A DNA stretch of 64,000 nt, taken from contig NC_092380.1 in assembly GCF_030028105.1 (NCBI RefSeq), positions 26,003,144 to 26,067,143 on the forward strand, given 5' to 3'. The translations under genes were made by a program, and so were the position numbers. How positions within the stretch are numbered: position 1 is the first letter of the stretch; each line of letters begins with the position of its first letter. Below the pieces are notes generated by a model that worked only from the letters and a program-made list of their open reading frames with translations, searched no databases and was not told where the DNA came from. Below, piece by piece: positions 26,087 through 39,200 of this stretch. Source of the stretch: Mobula birostris (lineage: Eukaryota).

Positions 26087-28804
26087 TGTAAAGGCTAACT
26101 GCGAGCTAGCTTGTCCTCCGCCTCTTCTCGTCGAAGCCTCTCGAGTCAAAGCCTCAAAGCTCCACTCCTTCACTGGCCCACTCACTCACTGGCCGCTTCG
26201 CTGAGCTATCCCTTTTTATCTGTTTCAGCTTTTCAAAATGTTTGGTCACCTGACCTCGACTGCCCAATCAGCTGCTTTCTGCTGAGTCTGAGCTATTCAC
26301 ATCTTGATTGTCTAATCAACAGCTTTCTGCTGATCTATTCAAATCTTGATTGACTTGATTGCACAGACCAACTGCCAAAACTGCCAGAATCTCTCGAGTC
26401 AAAGCCTCAAAGCTCCACTCCTTCACTGGCCACTTAAAGAATTCCAATAGATTTATCAGACAAGATTTTTCCTCAAGGAAACCCATGCTGACTTTGTCCT
26501 ATCTTGTCATGTGTCACCAAGTACTCCATAACCTCATCCTTAACAATTGACTCCAACATCTTCCCAACCACTGAGGTCAAGCTAACTGGTCTATAAATTT
26601 CCTTTCTATGGCCTTCCTCCTTTCTTAAAGAGTGGAGTGACATTTGCAATTTCCTCTGGAACCAAGCCACAATCCAATGATTTTTGAAAGATCATTATTA
26701 ATGCCTCCACGATCTCTATTGCTACCTCTTTCAGCTTTTTGAGCACCTTCTCCCTTGTAATAGTAACTGTACTCACTTCTCTTCTCTCACAGCTTTCAAC
26801 ACCTGGCCCCACAGAGAAGACTGAAGCAAAATACTAATTTAGTTCATCTGCCATCTCCTTGTCCCGTTACTTCTCTGGCCTCATTTTCTAGTGGTCCATT
26901 ATCCACTCTCATGTCTTTTTTGTTTTACATACTTGAAAACACTTTCTATCCACCTTTATATTTTGCTAGCCTGCTTTCATATTTCATCTCCCTCAATGAT
27001 TCTTTAGTTGCTTAGTGCAGGTTTTTAAAAGCTTCCCAATCTTCTATATTCCAACTAATGTTTGCCTTATTGTATGCCCTCTCTTTTGCTTTGACATTAG
27101 CTTTGATTTCCCTTGTTAGCCACAGTTGTACTATTTTGCCATTCATTGGAGTATGTTTTCTGGAATACATCTATCCTGCACCTTCATTCCCACCACCCCC
27201 ACCCCCCCCCCAAACTCGAGCCATTTCTGCCACTATTTCCTTTCAATGTAGTTTAGCCAACTCCTCTCTCATACCACTGTAAATTCCTTTACTCCATTAA
27301 AATACTGCTACGTCAGCCCTTACTTTCTCCCTATCAAATTGCAAGTTGAAATCAATCATATTGTGATCACTGCCTCCCAAGGGTTTCTTTTCCCTTAAGT
27401 TTCCTAATCGCTTCTAGTTTATTACATAACACCCAATCCAGTACGGCTGATTCCCTAGAGGGCTCAACTAAGAGCTCTAAAAAGCCATCTCATAAGCATT
27501 TAACAAATTCACTCTCGAGTTCCATTACCAACCTGATTTTCCCAATCTTCCTGCATGTTAAAATCTCCCATGGCCATCATAACATTTCCTCTTTGACACA
27601 CCTTTTCTATTTTCTGTTGTAATCTGTAGTCCACATCCAACTACCGTTTGGAGGCCAGTATATAAAAGCCATCAGGGTCCTTCAACTGTTGGTTTCTTAA
27701 CTCAACTCACAAGGATTCAACATCTTTCAATCCTGTCACATATTTCTAATGATTTGATGCCATTCGTTACCAGCAGAACCACACCAACCCCTCTGCCTAC
27801 CTTCCTATCCCTCAATGTGTAACATTAAACATTCAGCTCCCAACTACAACCATCCTTCAGCTACGATTCAGTGATGGTCACATCACACCCAACAATCTGA
27901 AAAAATGCAACAAGACCATCTACTTCATTTCTTTATCCCCATGCATTCAGATAACACTATGTACTGTATTTGCTACCCTGTTTGATACTCACTCTGATGG
28001 CTGCAATTTTGTCATCTCATCTGCCTGCCCTTTCTGACAGTCTGACTGCATGCTATCTTTGCATTTTTAACCATTCATCCTATTCGGAGTCCCTTCACTC
28101 TAATTCCCAAATCTCCTGCCAAAAACAGCTCTAACAAACCTGCCTGCGAGAATATTGGAGCCCTCGGGTTCAAGAGCAACCCCGTGCCATTTTTACAGGT
28201 CATACTTCACCTAGAAGGACCCCAATGATTCAAGAACCTGAAGCCCTACACCAGTTTCTCAGCCACACATTTATCTACCAAATCATCTTGTTTCTACCCT
28301 CACTGGCACGTGGCACAGGTAGCAATCCAGAAATTTACTATCCTGCTCCTGCTTCTCAGCTTTCTGCCTAGCCCTCTAAATTCTCTCCAAAACCTCTGCT
28401 TTTCCTTCCTGTCATTGGTACCAGTATGTACCAAAACATCTGGCTGCTCTCCTTAACTCTCCAAAATGCTGTGGACGCAAAGACATCCCTGACCCTGACA
28501 GGCACATACCATCCAAATGTCCCATTCCCATCCACAGATTCTCCGGTCTGTTCATCTATTGAGTCCCCAGTCACTACCACTCACCTCATCTCCCTTTCCC
28601 TTCTGCGCCATGGACCTATGCTCAGTGCCAGTAACCCGGTCTCTATGGCATTCCCCTGGGAGGTTATCCCTCACAACAGTATACTTATTAAAGGGAATGG
28701 CCACTGGGGTGCTCTGCGCTGCCTATTCACTTTCCCATTCCTTCTTCTGATGTCACCCAACTACACACCTCCTGCAACTTCAGGGCGACCACTTCCCTGT
28801 AACT

Positions 28805-29336
28805 AGGTCCTTTAACTTCTGCCAGACGATGCTGAGGATGTTCTGAGAGTCTGTGGTGGCCAGTGCTATCATGTTTGCTGTTGTGCACTGGGGCAGCAGG
28901 CTGAGGGTAGCAGACACCAACAGAATCAACAAACTCATTTGTAAGGCCAGCGATGTTGTGGGGATGGAACTGGACTCTCTTGACAGTGGTGTCTGAAAAA
29001 GAGGATGCTGTCCAAGTTGCATGCCATCTTGGACAATGTCTCCCATCCACTACATAATGTACTGGTTGGGCACAGGAGTACATTCAGCTGGGGATTCATT
29101 CCACCGAGATGCAACACTGAGTGTCATTCCTGCCTGTGGCCATCAAACTTTACAACTCCTCCCTTAGGTCAGACACCCTGAGCCAATAGGCTGGTCCTGG
29201 ACTTATTTCCTGGCATAGTTTATATATTATTTAATTATTTATGGTTTTTATATTGCTATATTTATACCCTATTCTTGGTTGGTGCAACTGTAACAAAACC
29301 CAATTTCCCTTGGGATCAATAAAGTATGACTATGAC
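28805..29336 (+). mobile_element. Rex1/Babar-type 3' fragment inserted in the host CR1 ORF1
   Basis: Ends cttgggatcaataaagtatgactatgact; a related fragment lies at ~53280-53520 on the minus strand. Confidence 0.65.
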
Positions 29337-30594
29337 TAATCAGTTACCTTCTCACTCTTCTGTACAAACCAAAGGTCATACAGCTGCTGCTCCATATCCC
29401 TAACATGGACCCCAACATCCGGCATGAAGAACTCACAATGGCTATTTAAGGTACACTTAGTACCCCTAACACAGTAAGAAAAAAAAAGAGAAACTTAACT
29501 TACCCAGAACCAACATCTCTTCTGAGCAAAAGCCTGAATTCACTCTCACCACCAGCCCACTCCAAAATGGCCACTCTGTTTGTCCTGTTACTCCTCCCTG
29601 CACTGCTACCATCACCAGAATGACACCAAACACCTGCGCTCTCCTTTTAAACCAGTGCCACTGACCTGCCAGTAACCTCTCCACTGTCCCTGCTGCTGAT
29701 TGGGCCACAGGAATGACAATCAAGACCATTGCCATATAGATCATTTCTATAGGACATGGATAGGCTGGAACTAATTTCCCAAGAATTCCCTTAAAGGGAC
29801 CTATTCTAACCCTTGTCTACCAAGGCAGTCTTTTTCTTCTCCCAATTTCCCTCTTAAGCCCCATTTTCCAATAGGAGGTCCAGTGTTGCCTCTGGTACAT
29901 ATCCTTGGCACACAAATTCCACCATATTCAAGCCATTTATGGCTGTGCAATGTTCGAGAATTTAAAAATCTACCATTTTCCCTTTCAGTTATCTGCTGAG
30001 CTCACCTACCTTAAATGGTCAGGATTCTTGTATCAAAATAGATTCTGTTATTACACTGTGGGCATAAACTGGATTGTCAGTGACAGCCCTTAAGAAGCAT
30101 GGATGCAAGTCACTTGCTGCAGAACACCATTAACTGACCTACCATTAAATCTGTAATACTTGTGGGCAAGGAACAAATTTCTAGTCAAAAATGATCTCCA
30201 TGTTACTCTGGGAAATTCTGATATGGCAATCTTGTTGAATATTAAGGAAGCACCAGGAACATATTTACTTGCACTTTGGTCCTGGTTTTGCACCAAGGGA
30301 GCACTGGACTCGGCCACCTGCCGAGGTGCAAATACAAGACTTGCATTACCATATCTTTGCATTTTCATGACTATCATTGCCACTTAGCAAGCAAAACACA
30401 TTTCAAAGGCAGCAATCTCATCCAAGTGTTGGAATATTCAGCTCTGCAGTCCGCATTTCGACCAAGGCTCAAAGACAAAAGACTCTTGGCATACAAGTCC
30501 TTCGGTTGGACAAAATTCCAAAACATGAATTATGAAATACTATTGGCAGAAAAGCAAAACCAAAGAAATGGCAAACGCTTGTGACATGTAAAGG

Positions 30595-30880
30595 TTTATT
30601 GACAAATTTGAATTAGATTTTTTTTTTTTTTAAAAAAAGGATGATGTAGCCATCTCAGCAGCAAAAGTGTCCATTTTCTCCCAATCCAATACTTGTAAAG
30701 GCTGCAATGCAGAATACAGCACATGCTAATGGGAGCCCTTGCCTGAGGGTCTTACACTCACTAGAAGCAATTGAAATCACTGGTGAATAGGGCAAATGTT
30801 CACCCTGGCCAAGACCTCAGTGTTGGACACCTCTATAAAATTACACAAATGAATCACACAGCTTTAGAATTAGGTTTATT
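30595..30880 (-). terminator. Two candidate SNRNP70 polyadenylation signals (AATAAA at 30875-30880 and 30595-30600)
   Basis: tttatt on + strand about 250 and 530 nt past the stop codon. Confidence 0.6.
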
Positions 30881-31126
30881 GTGTATTACACCATAAAAAG
30901 GAATTTCATAATATTCACCAACTGAATTTCACAAAGCTCGAGAAGGATTTCAAACCATCTATGATAGAGTCACTAAAACTTACCCATCTTAAGAAAAAAT
31001 GAGTACCCCTCGTGCAGAAAACTTCCTTCACTACAGCATAAGCCAACAAAAAAGCTGCAGATTTCTGTTAAACAGGAAAATGAAAATATTGGTCCACTTT
31101 AAAAAGTTCACTTTGAACGGGCCTCA

Positions 31127-31856
31127 TCAGTAACCCTCTGCAGGGGGCTCCATTTGATACCCATTTTCAGGCAACATGTATCCTTCCGCAGGCTGTGACT
31201 CCATGTCAATATACAAGTCCAGACTACTTTCCTCGTATTGCTCTGGCGCCCCATTATCTTGCAGCTTGTCAGGCTCCTTATTCCTGTCTCTATCCCTGTC
31301 CCGGTCTCTGTCTCGCTTGTGATCTCTATCACGGTCTCGGTCCCTGTCTCTCCTCCTATCGCGGTCTCGATCCTTGTCCCGGTCCCTGTGACTCCGCCTA
31401 CGGTCACGATCCCGGTCTCTATCTCTCTCCTTATCCCTATCCCGATCTCTATCCCTGTCTCCTCGCTCCCTATTCTTCTCTTCTGAATCAGGCTTTGGTT
31501 CAACTGGCTCACCAGCCGCATCCACTTGCTGTGCATCATTATGGGGCCCATCACCTGTCTCAGGCTGTTCTACATCTGTACGTTCTTCCTTCTTATCCTT
31601 ATCCCTGTCACGATCTCGCTCTCTCTTACGGTCACGGCTACGGCTGCGCCGCTTGCGATCTCGATCCTTATCCTTGTCCTTCTCTCTGCTTCGCTCACGG
31701 CTACCACGCCCCTTCCTCTCCTCCTTATCTCGACTGCGTGACCGGGGACGCCTGCGTTCTCTGGAACGACTTCTACGCCGCTCACGCTCTTTATCCCTTT
31801 CACGGCTGCGCTCACTGCATTCACGACGATCCCGATCTCGTTCTCGATCTCTGTCT
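31127..31856 (-). CDS. SNRNP70: SNRNP70 last coding exon (RD/RE/RS low-complexity domain)
   Basis: tacctgcag| acceptor at 31857; 730 nt, phase 2; [14 protein letters not shown]...[13 protein letters not shown]. Confidence 0.95.
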
Positions 31857-32699
31857 CTGCAGGTAGAAATCAAAGTTAGTCAAAGCCACTACGATCTCCA
31901 GCATCAGTTCAGACCAATCTTCCCATCCAGCACACATCCTTGGAAAAGGACAAGTCAGAAAAGTGCAATCACTGCTAGAACTCACAGGGATCATTCTACA
32001 GATCAGAATTGCTTCAATGACAAATAATGTTATATGGAAGCAAATTAATTACACTATATGAAAACTAAAGAACCTCCATCCAAATTGGTCGCAATGGCTC
32101 CCAAGGTTCAGCAACAATTGGTTTTCATACAATTACAGAAATGCAAGACAATTTGCATTCTCACCCCTTGTTTACGACTCTTGTAAAAAAAAACTGAACC
32201 CAGCCATGTAATATTGTTTGCTGAGATTTGCACAATCCAGTACAGTGAAACTCTGGTAATCCAGATTCATTAGCTTGAAATGCAAGAGAGGGATCCAGGG
32301 TGCAACAACGAAGGAACACAGGTAGGTTTATATATTTTCCTGCACTCCTTAAACTCAAATACACTGAAAAAGTTTATAACAGCACAAGATATGGAAAAAA
32401 AAAATCTGCAACCCAAGCCCCAAGAGTGCAGTATTGGTTTTACTGTACAAAACTTCCTCACTGAGCCTAGCTAGCGATCAGCATAATACAGAGGAAGCTA
32501 CACTTGCATGTGATGGAATTTCAGAATGATATTGAATAGCCATCTAAGATGGTTTCTCATAAACCTGAAGTCTCAGCACAGCCCTCTCCTTCCCATTGCA
32601 ACGCTACAACAGCAAAACCCAATCTTCTCTTCCAAAGAGCAATTATTTGCGGCTGCAAATATAAACAAGCTCAGCTTCATATACGTAAAGAATGGCCAG

Positions 32700-33260
32700 A
32701 CTTCCTGGCTTTGGAGATGGGATGTTATGTACAAGATGCTGCTGAGGCCTAATTTTTAGTATTGTTTGCAGTTTTGGTCACCTAACTACAGGAAAGATGT
32801 CAATAAGATTGAAAGAGTACAGAGAAAATTTACAAGGATGTTGCTGGAACTGGAGCACCTGAGTAATAAAGAAAGATTGAATAGGGCAGGACTTTATTCC
32901 ATGGAACGTAAAAGATTGAGGGGGAATTTGAAATTATGAGGGGTACAGATAGGGTAAATGCAGCAGGCCTTTTCCACTGAGGTTGGGTGGAACTACACAA
33001 CTAGAGGTCATGGGTTAAGGGTGAAAGGTGAAATGTTTAAGGGGAACATGAGGGGACACTTATAGGGTCTGAGAGTGTGGAATAAGCTGCCAGCGTTAAG
33101 TGGTACATGCAAGCTTCATTTCAACAATTGAGAAGTATGGATAGGTACATGCATGACAAGAGTTAGGAGAGCTACGGTCCAGGTGCAGGCCAATCGGATT
33201 AGACAGTTTAAACAGCACAGACTAGAGGTGCATGTTTCTGCGTTGTACTTTTCTATGATT
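32700..33260 (+). mobile_element. CR1 3' end
   Basis: gattgaaagagtacagagaaaatttacaaggatgttg..actagaggtcatggg; same family as 3470-4110. Confidence 0.8.
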
Positions 33261-33489
33261 CTGAGGATTGGAAAGGAAGGGGAAAGAAGACTAAAATAAC
33301 TTGTTCTCCAACTCTGGAAGGTAAAGAGATTCTAGAAAAATAGCATTTTCACCCAAATGTCAAAAAAAAAACACAAGTGCAAAAATACTTCCAAGTTTGA
33401 TACAGAGTAGGCTGGTCTGACTTGCAAGTTCACGCAATACTATACCCCTGCGCAAAGTCAAATAGTTACTGTACTGTTACATTCCTCAC

Positions 33490-33577
33490 CTCTCATCATA
33501 TCGTGGTGCATCATCACGACCTGAATGTTTAATATTAACATCTGCACCACCTCTGCGAGTCCCCCCAAGCCCACCAC
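33490..33577 (-). CDS. SNRNP70: SNRNP70 exon 9 (88 nt)
   Basis: tttttgcag|..GAGAG|gtgagg; [29 protein letters not shown](R). Confidence 0.97.
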
Positions 33578-34019
33578 CTGCAAAAACAAAGCAAATGTCA
33601 ACTGCATGAAGTAATCAAGTTCAGTGTCACTGCTCTTTATGGTTCACCACTTCTAACAGAACCACCAAGCTTCAGCACTTAAAGCATGGCACATATCGTA
33701 CTCCTAAACATCATGCAGAAATTCCTTTATGTGCTTCAATTAACAAAAGACGGTGGGGCAGTGGTGGAAGTATTGAGAACTGCACTGTAGAAAATGCTCA
33801 ACTTCATAAAAACGGAGTGAGCACAGAGGAAAATCACTTCCAAGTACCTTTATGGAGATTATACCAAGAACTGGTACAAAAGCATGGCCACTATCGACAC
33901 AATACTCTGCATCAGCAGGACTAGCATTGGTAACCAAGTCTCCTCTCAAACCCCAATGCACTGAATCACCAAGAATGATGTGAAGGATCTCTACCAATTT
34001 AGCTTTGATTATATTTTGC

Positions 34020-35430
34020 CTAAGAGTAGTGTGAGCTGCCTTAAAGACTATTGTCCAATAGCACTCTCATCCACAGTGATGAAATACTCTGACAGGTTGG
34101 TCGTAGCTAGAATCAACAACTGCCTCAGCAAGGACCTGGACCGACTGCAATTTACCTATCGTCACAATAGGTCTACGGCAGACACAATCTCAATGGTTCC
34201 TCATGTGACCTTAGATCACTAGGACAATACAAACATTACGTCAGGATGCTGTTCATTGACAATAGCTGAGGGTTTAACACCATTATTCCCACAGTCCTGA
34301 ATGATGAGCTACAGAATCTGGGCCTCTGTATCTCCCTCTGCAATTGGATCCTCGACTTACAAGTGTTACAGGTGACAAGCAAATCTCTTCAAACTATAGA
34401 GAAACTATGTGGCTATAGAGAAGTCTTGCCTTCTCTATAGCCACATAGATATGTTGTGACCAGGTTAAATCCTCCAATCTTGACACCCCGGAAACTTGAA
34501 ACTGTTCACTCTCTCCACTTCCGATGCCTCTGAGGATTGGTTCATGTTCCCTCATTTTATCCTTACTGAAGTCCTCAATCAGCTCTTTGGTCTTACTGAT
34601 GTTGAATGCAAGGTTGTTGCTGTGACACATTCAAATAACTGATATATCTTGCTCCTGTACATCCTCTTGTCTCCATCTGAGATTCTACCAACAATGGTTG
34701 TATCATCAGCAAATTTATAGATTGCATTCCAGCTATACCTAGCCACACAGTCATGGGCATAGAGGGGGTAGAGCAATAAGCTAAGCACACACCCCTGCAC
34801 TGCGCCTGTGTTGATTATCAGCGAGGAGGAGATATTACCACCAATTTGTACACAAATTGTGGTCTTACAGTTAAGAAGTCAAGTAAACTACTACAGATGT
34901 AATGTGAAGAGCATTCCGACAGACTGCATCACTGTCTGGTATAGGGTGGGGGTGGTGGTGGAGGAGGGAACAGGCTACTGCACAGGACAAAAAAGCTACA
35001 GAGTTGTAAAATTAGTCAGCTCCATCTTGGGTACTAGCAAGACATCTTCAAGTAGCAGTGCATCAGAAAAGCAGTGGCCATTATTAAGGACACTTATCAC
35101 TCAGGACATGCCCCCTTCTCATTGTTACTATCAGGAAGGAGGTACAGAAGCCTGAAAGCACACACTCAGCAATTCAGAAATAGCTTCTTGCCCTCAGCCC
35201 CCTGATTCCCAAATGGACATTGAACCCATTGGCACTACCTCACTTTTAAAAAATATATTTTATAAAATATATTATATGTTTTACACTATTTTTAATCTAT
35301 TTTACATATATACTTACTATGATTGATTTACTTACACTATTTTTTTCTATATTATCATGTATTGTATTTTACTGCTGCTAAGTTTTAAAAAAATCACGAT
35401 ACATGCCAGTATTAATAAACCTGATTCTAA
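34020..35430 (+). mobile_element. Rex1/Babar LINE with an internally inverted segment (~34359-34880)
   Basis: + strand LQFTYRHNRSTAD; - strand QGCVLS..YKFADDT; + strand resumes with the 3' end. Confidence 0.8.
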
Positions 35431-35929
35431 AGGACCTCTCCCAATTTAGCTTTGATTACATGTTCAGTGTGGATAATTCAAAAGTGAGTCCAATCAAAAG
35501 TTCAAATCAAGATGATATGATAAAATGTAGTGTCTGGATTCAAGTAACTGACTGAAAACACAATGTGCTTGTACAGTTTTCCTTCGAAACAGCAACTAAT
35601 AATCTTGAGGAATCTCAACTACCTTAAGGAAGTATCAATGTTGAAACATTTTCTGACTAAGTCAATACAACAGCTCTAAATAGACCTTACTTTTACAGGA
35701 ATTACTCGATCTCCAGCTTCCCCTTTCAGGCAAGCGCTGCCTTGAAATCGGAGCCTCCCAGCAAGTCAGATAAATCTGCAAATGTAACAGCTCTTCAAAT
35801 TTCAAACCAAATGCTCTGAATTTTTGGGACAAGCCCCAAGAGACACCAAACTCCTGCGACTGGGGAGGAGTCTGGACACCACTGCACAAAACCTATTAAG
35901 CAGCTCTTTAACTGAGAGCTCGAACTTAC

Positions 35930-36031
35930 CAAGCCTCCTTGGGCGCCATCCTTTGACAGTGCGGCCTCTCTCCACATCAACCAGAACTCTCCTCCCATCA
36001 ATCTTCTTGCCATCTGCGTGTTTGTATGCAG
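35930..36031 (-). CDS. SNRNP70: SNRNP70 exon 8 (102 nt)
   Basis: ctattgcag|CT GCA..TTG|gtaagt; (S)[33 protein letters not shown](G). Confidence 0.98.
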
Positions 36032-36249
36032 CTGCAATAGAGCGTGCCCAGAACAGCAACCAAAGTCAGTGAGATTCAACACGATAACCCCCTCCCAAAC
36101 CCTCCCCTTATCAAAAAATCAACTATCCACGCAGAAACAAAACCTCTTGGGAAAGAGTTCTGTTTCGTGCCTCCCTCCTCCTTCAATACTTGGAAGTAGA
36201 CTGTTAAATTAAATGCAAAATCCAGGGCTGGCTCCTCATTTTCTCAATA

Positions 36250-39200
36250 CATCACTGGATTCAAGTAAACCGGTTTTAGTGTTTTCACTTATGACAATTA
36301 GCTTTAGACACTCAATTTTGACATATGCAGTTTCATTAGAAAAGGGAAGAGCCAACCCTAGCTAGTATACAACATTGAACCATTGAGATCTCATCCTGGA
36401 AAGGGAAAGAACATCTATTAGAACAACTGTTAATTGAATTCATCACTCAAACTCAAGCACTCTTACTCACTCAAACAACATTGTCTAGATAAGGAGGGAA
36501 TTTAAGCCCCAAATATAAAAACCAGAAAAAAAATCACTGGTTGTCTTGCAACAGAAAATGGAATCCAACCAATTCTGTAAGCACTGAGAACAGGACAGAT
36601 TTTGAATGGCTGAAAATTCTCACACAGTACTTAACTGTAACTGTATTCAACCACAAGAGTGTCAGGACATCCCAGCCAAAATAATTCACAGTGCACTATT
36701 AATTCAAGAGAGAACCAAGAGTGCCCAAGACCCCAAGCTGATGACTTTCAACCAGGCCCAAATTAAAAAGGAACAGGAGTTTAGTTTCATAAACACAGTT
36801 AAATGCACTCATGGCCTTAAAACAGGGACTAACCACTATGGCAAGCAAATCAATGAGATGGGAAAGGAAGGAATCAAATCTGAAAAATATTTCCAGTTTC
36901 TAGCCCCCCACCCCAAAGAGTTGACAATTTCACTTTGATGTGGTGTCTTCAAGCAATCTTTATATACTACCTAAGTTAAATCCCGTAAAAGTTATTTCCC
37001 CAATTCTAGTCCTTAGAATCATTGTAATTGATGCAATCTTGTTATACTAGACAAGGAAAAATTTCACAATGTAACATCTTTGAATGAGCTTGGTAAACCT
37101 TCATCTTGATCTAACCAGACCCTTACCCTTCAGGGCTACATTACTATTGCATTGCTGAATTTGATTTAAAGACTAAAATCTTCTGAAAGAGGATAAACTA
37201 CTCCTTCAGAATTAGTGCATTTTCAGGAGGATAAATTGCAATTTGTACTTATTTTAAAGTCTAGCTTAATTTCATTCATTGCATTATTCATATCTAAAGA
37301 AATTATGGAATCATGCTCTCAGTTACACTAAAACTGGGCCATTTGACCAGGGTTGCAAGAACCTGTGTTAATTTATTTTGGGTTCCATCCGCTATACACC
37401 ACCAGGGAGAAAGAAAAATGGATAAAAACAGGAATTGGAGGGACAAAGAGGGGAAAAAATGAATTGATTAAGCACTACACAGCACCACTAACAAAAGAAA
37501 AGAGATTTTACCTGTAAGTTTACTTACAAAAACTGCACTTTAGCCCCCTGCACTCATGAAAATCGGGATGCGCTATCTCGCCAACAGATGATACAATGTT
37601 CAGTGTTTCGACTTCCACTGTTTGTAACTTTCTGCTGCTGAGGATTTACCCTTTACTTACTGCATCTTACCTGCTTTCAGCAGCGATTGGGTTTTTAAAG
37701 AATTTTCTACATCGGGCGTTTGATTACTTTAACAAGCATATTCAAAGGATAATATTTTTTTTAAAAAAAATCGGTATCAGCGAAAAATGTCTGACTTGTG
37801 TTTTTTTTCCTCCTTCAAATTTACTTTGCTGTCACTGCAATTCGAATGTTCAAAGAATACCAACGTCTACAGAATTGATCCACAACATAAATTAAGTGGG
37901 TTTTTGTTTCTCTTACCATTGGACGTTTGTACTAGTACATTAAAATGACTGATTCTGCCTTTTTCCTTCAACACTCATTAAATGGAATCGTTTTCATTAT
38001 TTGAAACAAACAACTGCCACTTGGATTAAAAAACAGCTCAAGGTATCAGGTGGTTCATTTTAAAAAGGCCAAGTGTAATGATCCTTTATGCAGCAACATT
38101 TAACCACATTCTCAAAATATAACCAGACCAATTAGAAAGATGCCAAATACCATTTTGCCACCACCACCTGTTGGATTTATAAAATTTTAGATTACAGCAT
38201 ATTTACATGACACTTGAACAGGATAAACTATCCAGAAACTGTAATTGCGTGTGGTACTTTGGTCCATGCTGCATACAGCTTGTAACAGATGAAATCTGAC
38301 ACTGGGTGAGTAAGTAACAACCCCAATTGTTGAATTCCAATTTAGTTTCCTCTCATCAGGACACAAGGTTACACAATATTCTGCAGACAACCAAGCTCAT
38401 TACAGCACCGTCATTGTAACAAAATAGAGAAACCGAGGAGACTCATGTTAACATATGGCACGCTTGCTGTTTATTCAAAGACTCTTCCAAGAACCACGTT
38501 TCCATTTACCTGAAGGGCAAAAATCACAGCTGCTGGCGTGTATCCATGATATCTGAAAATGTGGAAGGAAATCTCTCACTTCTGGGAGATAAAATCTTAA
38601 TTCTACAGGATGTTGTGCTCCTAGTAACTACCAAAACTTAGGAGTACCAGAAGTCTCCACAACTGAAGATGACTAGAATTATCTAATGTAAACCAAAAAT
38701 ATTCAGACTGCAATACAGTCACAAGTCTGGCAGTTGATTATCCAAGGCATGTTGTATTTGCCAGCAATAAGGGAAAATTGTTCCACTGGTTCAAAAGCTT
38801 GAATAAAATAAACATATTAACAAGTGGACAAATCTGAGATTTCTGGAATTTCTATCCAAATCAGAGGGGGGAAACCATTAACACAAACAGGTTTTAGGGT
38901 ACCAATCTTTTTGTATCAAAATATTTATAAAGGTATACAGTGGTGATGATCAGAGCTTGCTCAACAGCCAAAATGCAGCAGGAACATTTACTTGCTCAGC
39001 TGTTTTCTTCTCCAAATATCAAGACAATTAATTTAAAGATAGGCACAGACAAATATCAATTTCTGGAAATTCAATTCAGGGAACTTGAAGGATATAGTTT
39101 AACATATGCAGACAAAACATCTGGATCCTAAACCAGGTGTAAAGTTAATGCATCATTTTCACAGTACATCTCAGCTTACCATCGACATGGAAAGTAGTCC

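Larger units (their letters stand above)
22163..26431 (-). mobile_element. Apparently full-length, relatively young CR1 LINE
   Basis: 5'UTR, intact ORF1, ORF2 in three long open pieces, 3' tail of (ttctatg)-like repeats at ~22165-22185. Confidence 0.92.
18535..29730 (-). mobile_element. Old near-full-length CR1 host element split by three nested insertions
   Basis: 3' end 18535-18970, RT 21393-22146, RT/APE 26432-28100, esterase ORF1 remnant (VVTGDSI) 28368-28800, 5' part to ~29730; the pieces are collinear. Confidence 0.7.

Noticed and set aside
31108-32027. Long antisense and alternative-frame ORFs over the last SNRNP70 exon
   Set aside because: Shadows of the stop-poor RD/RS low-complexity coding sequence.
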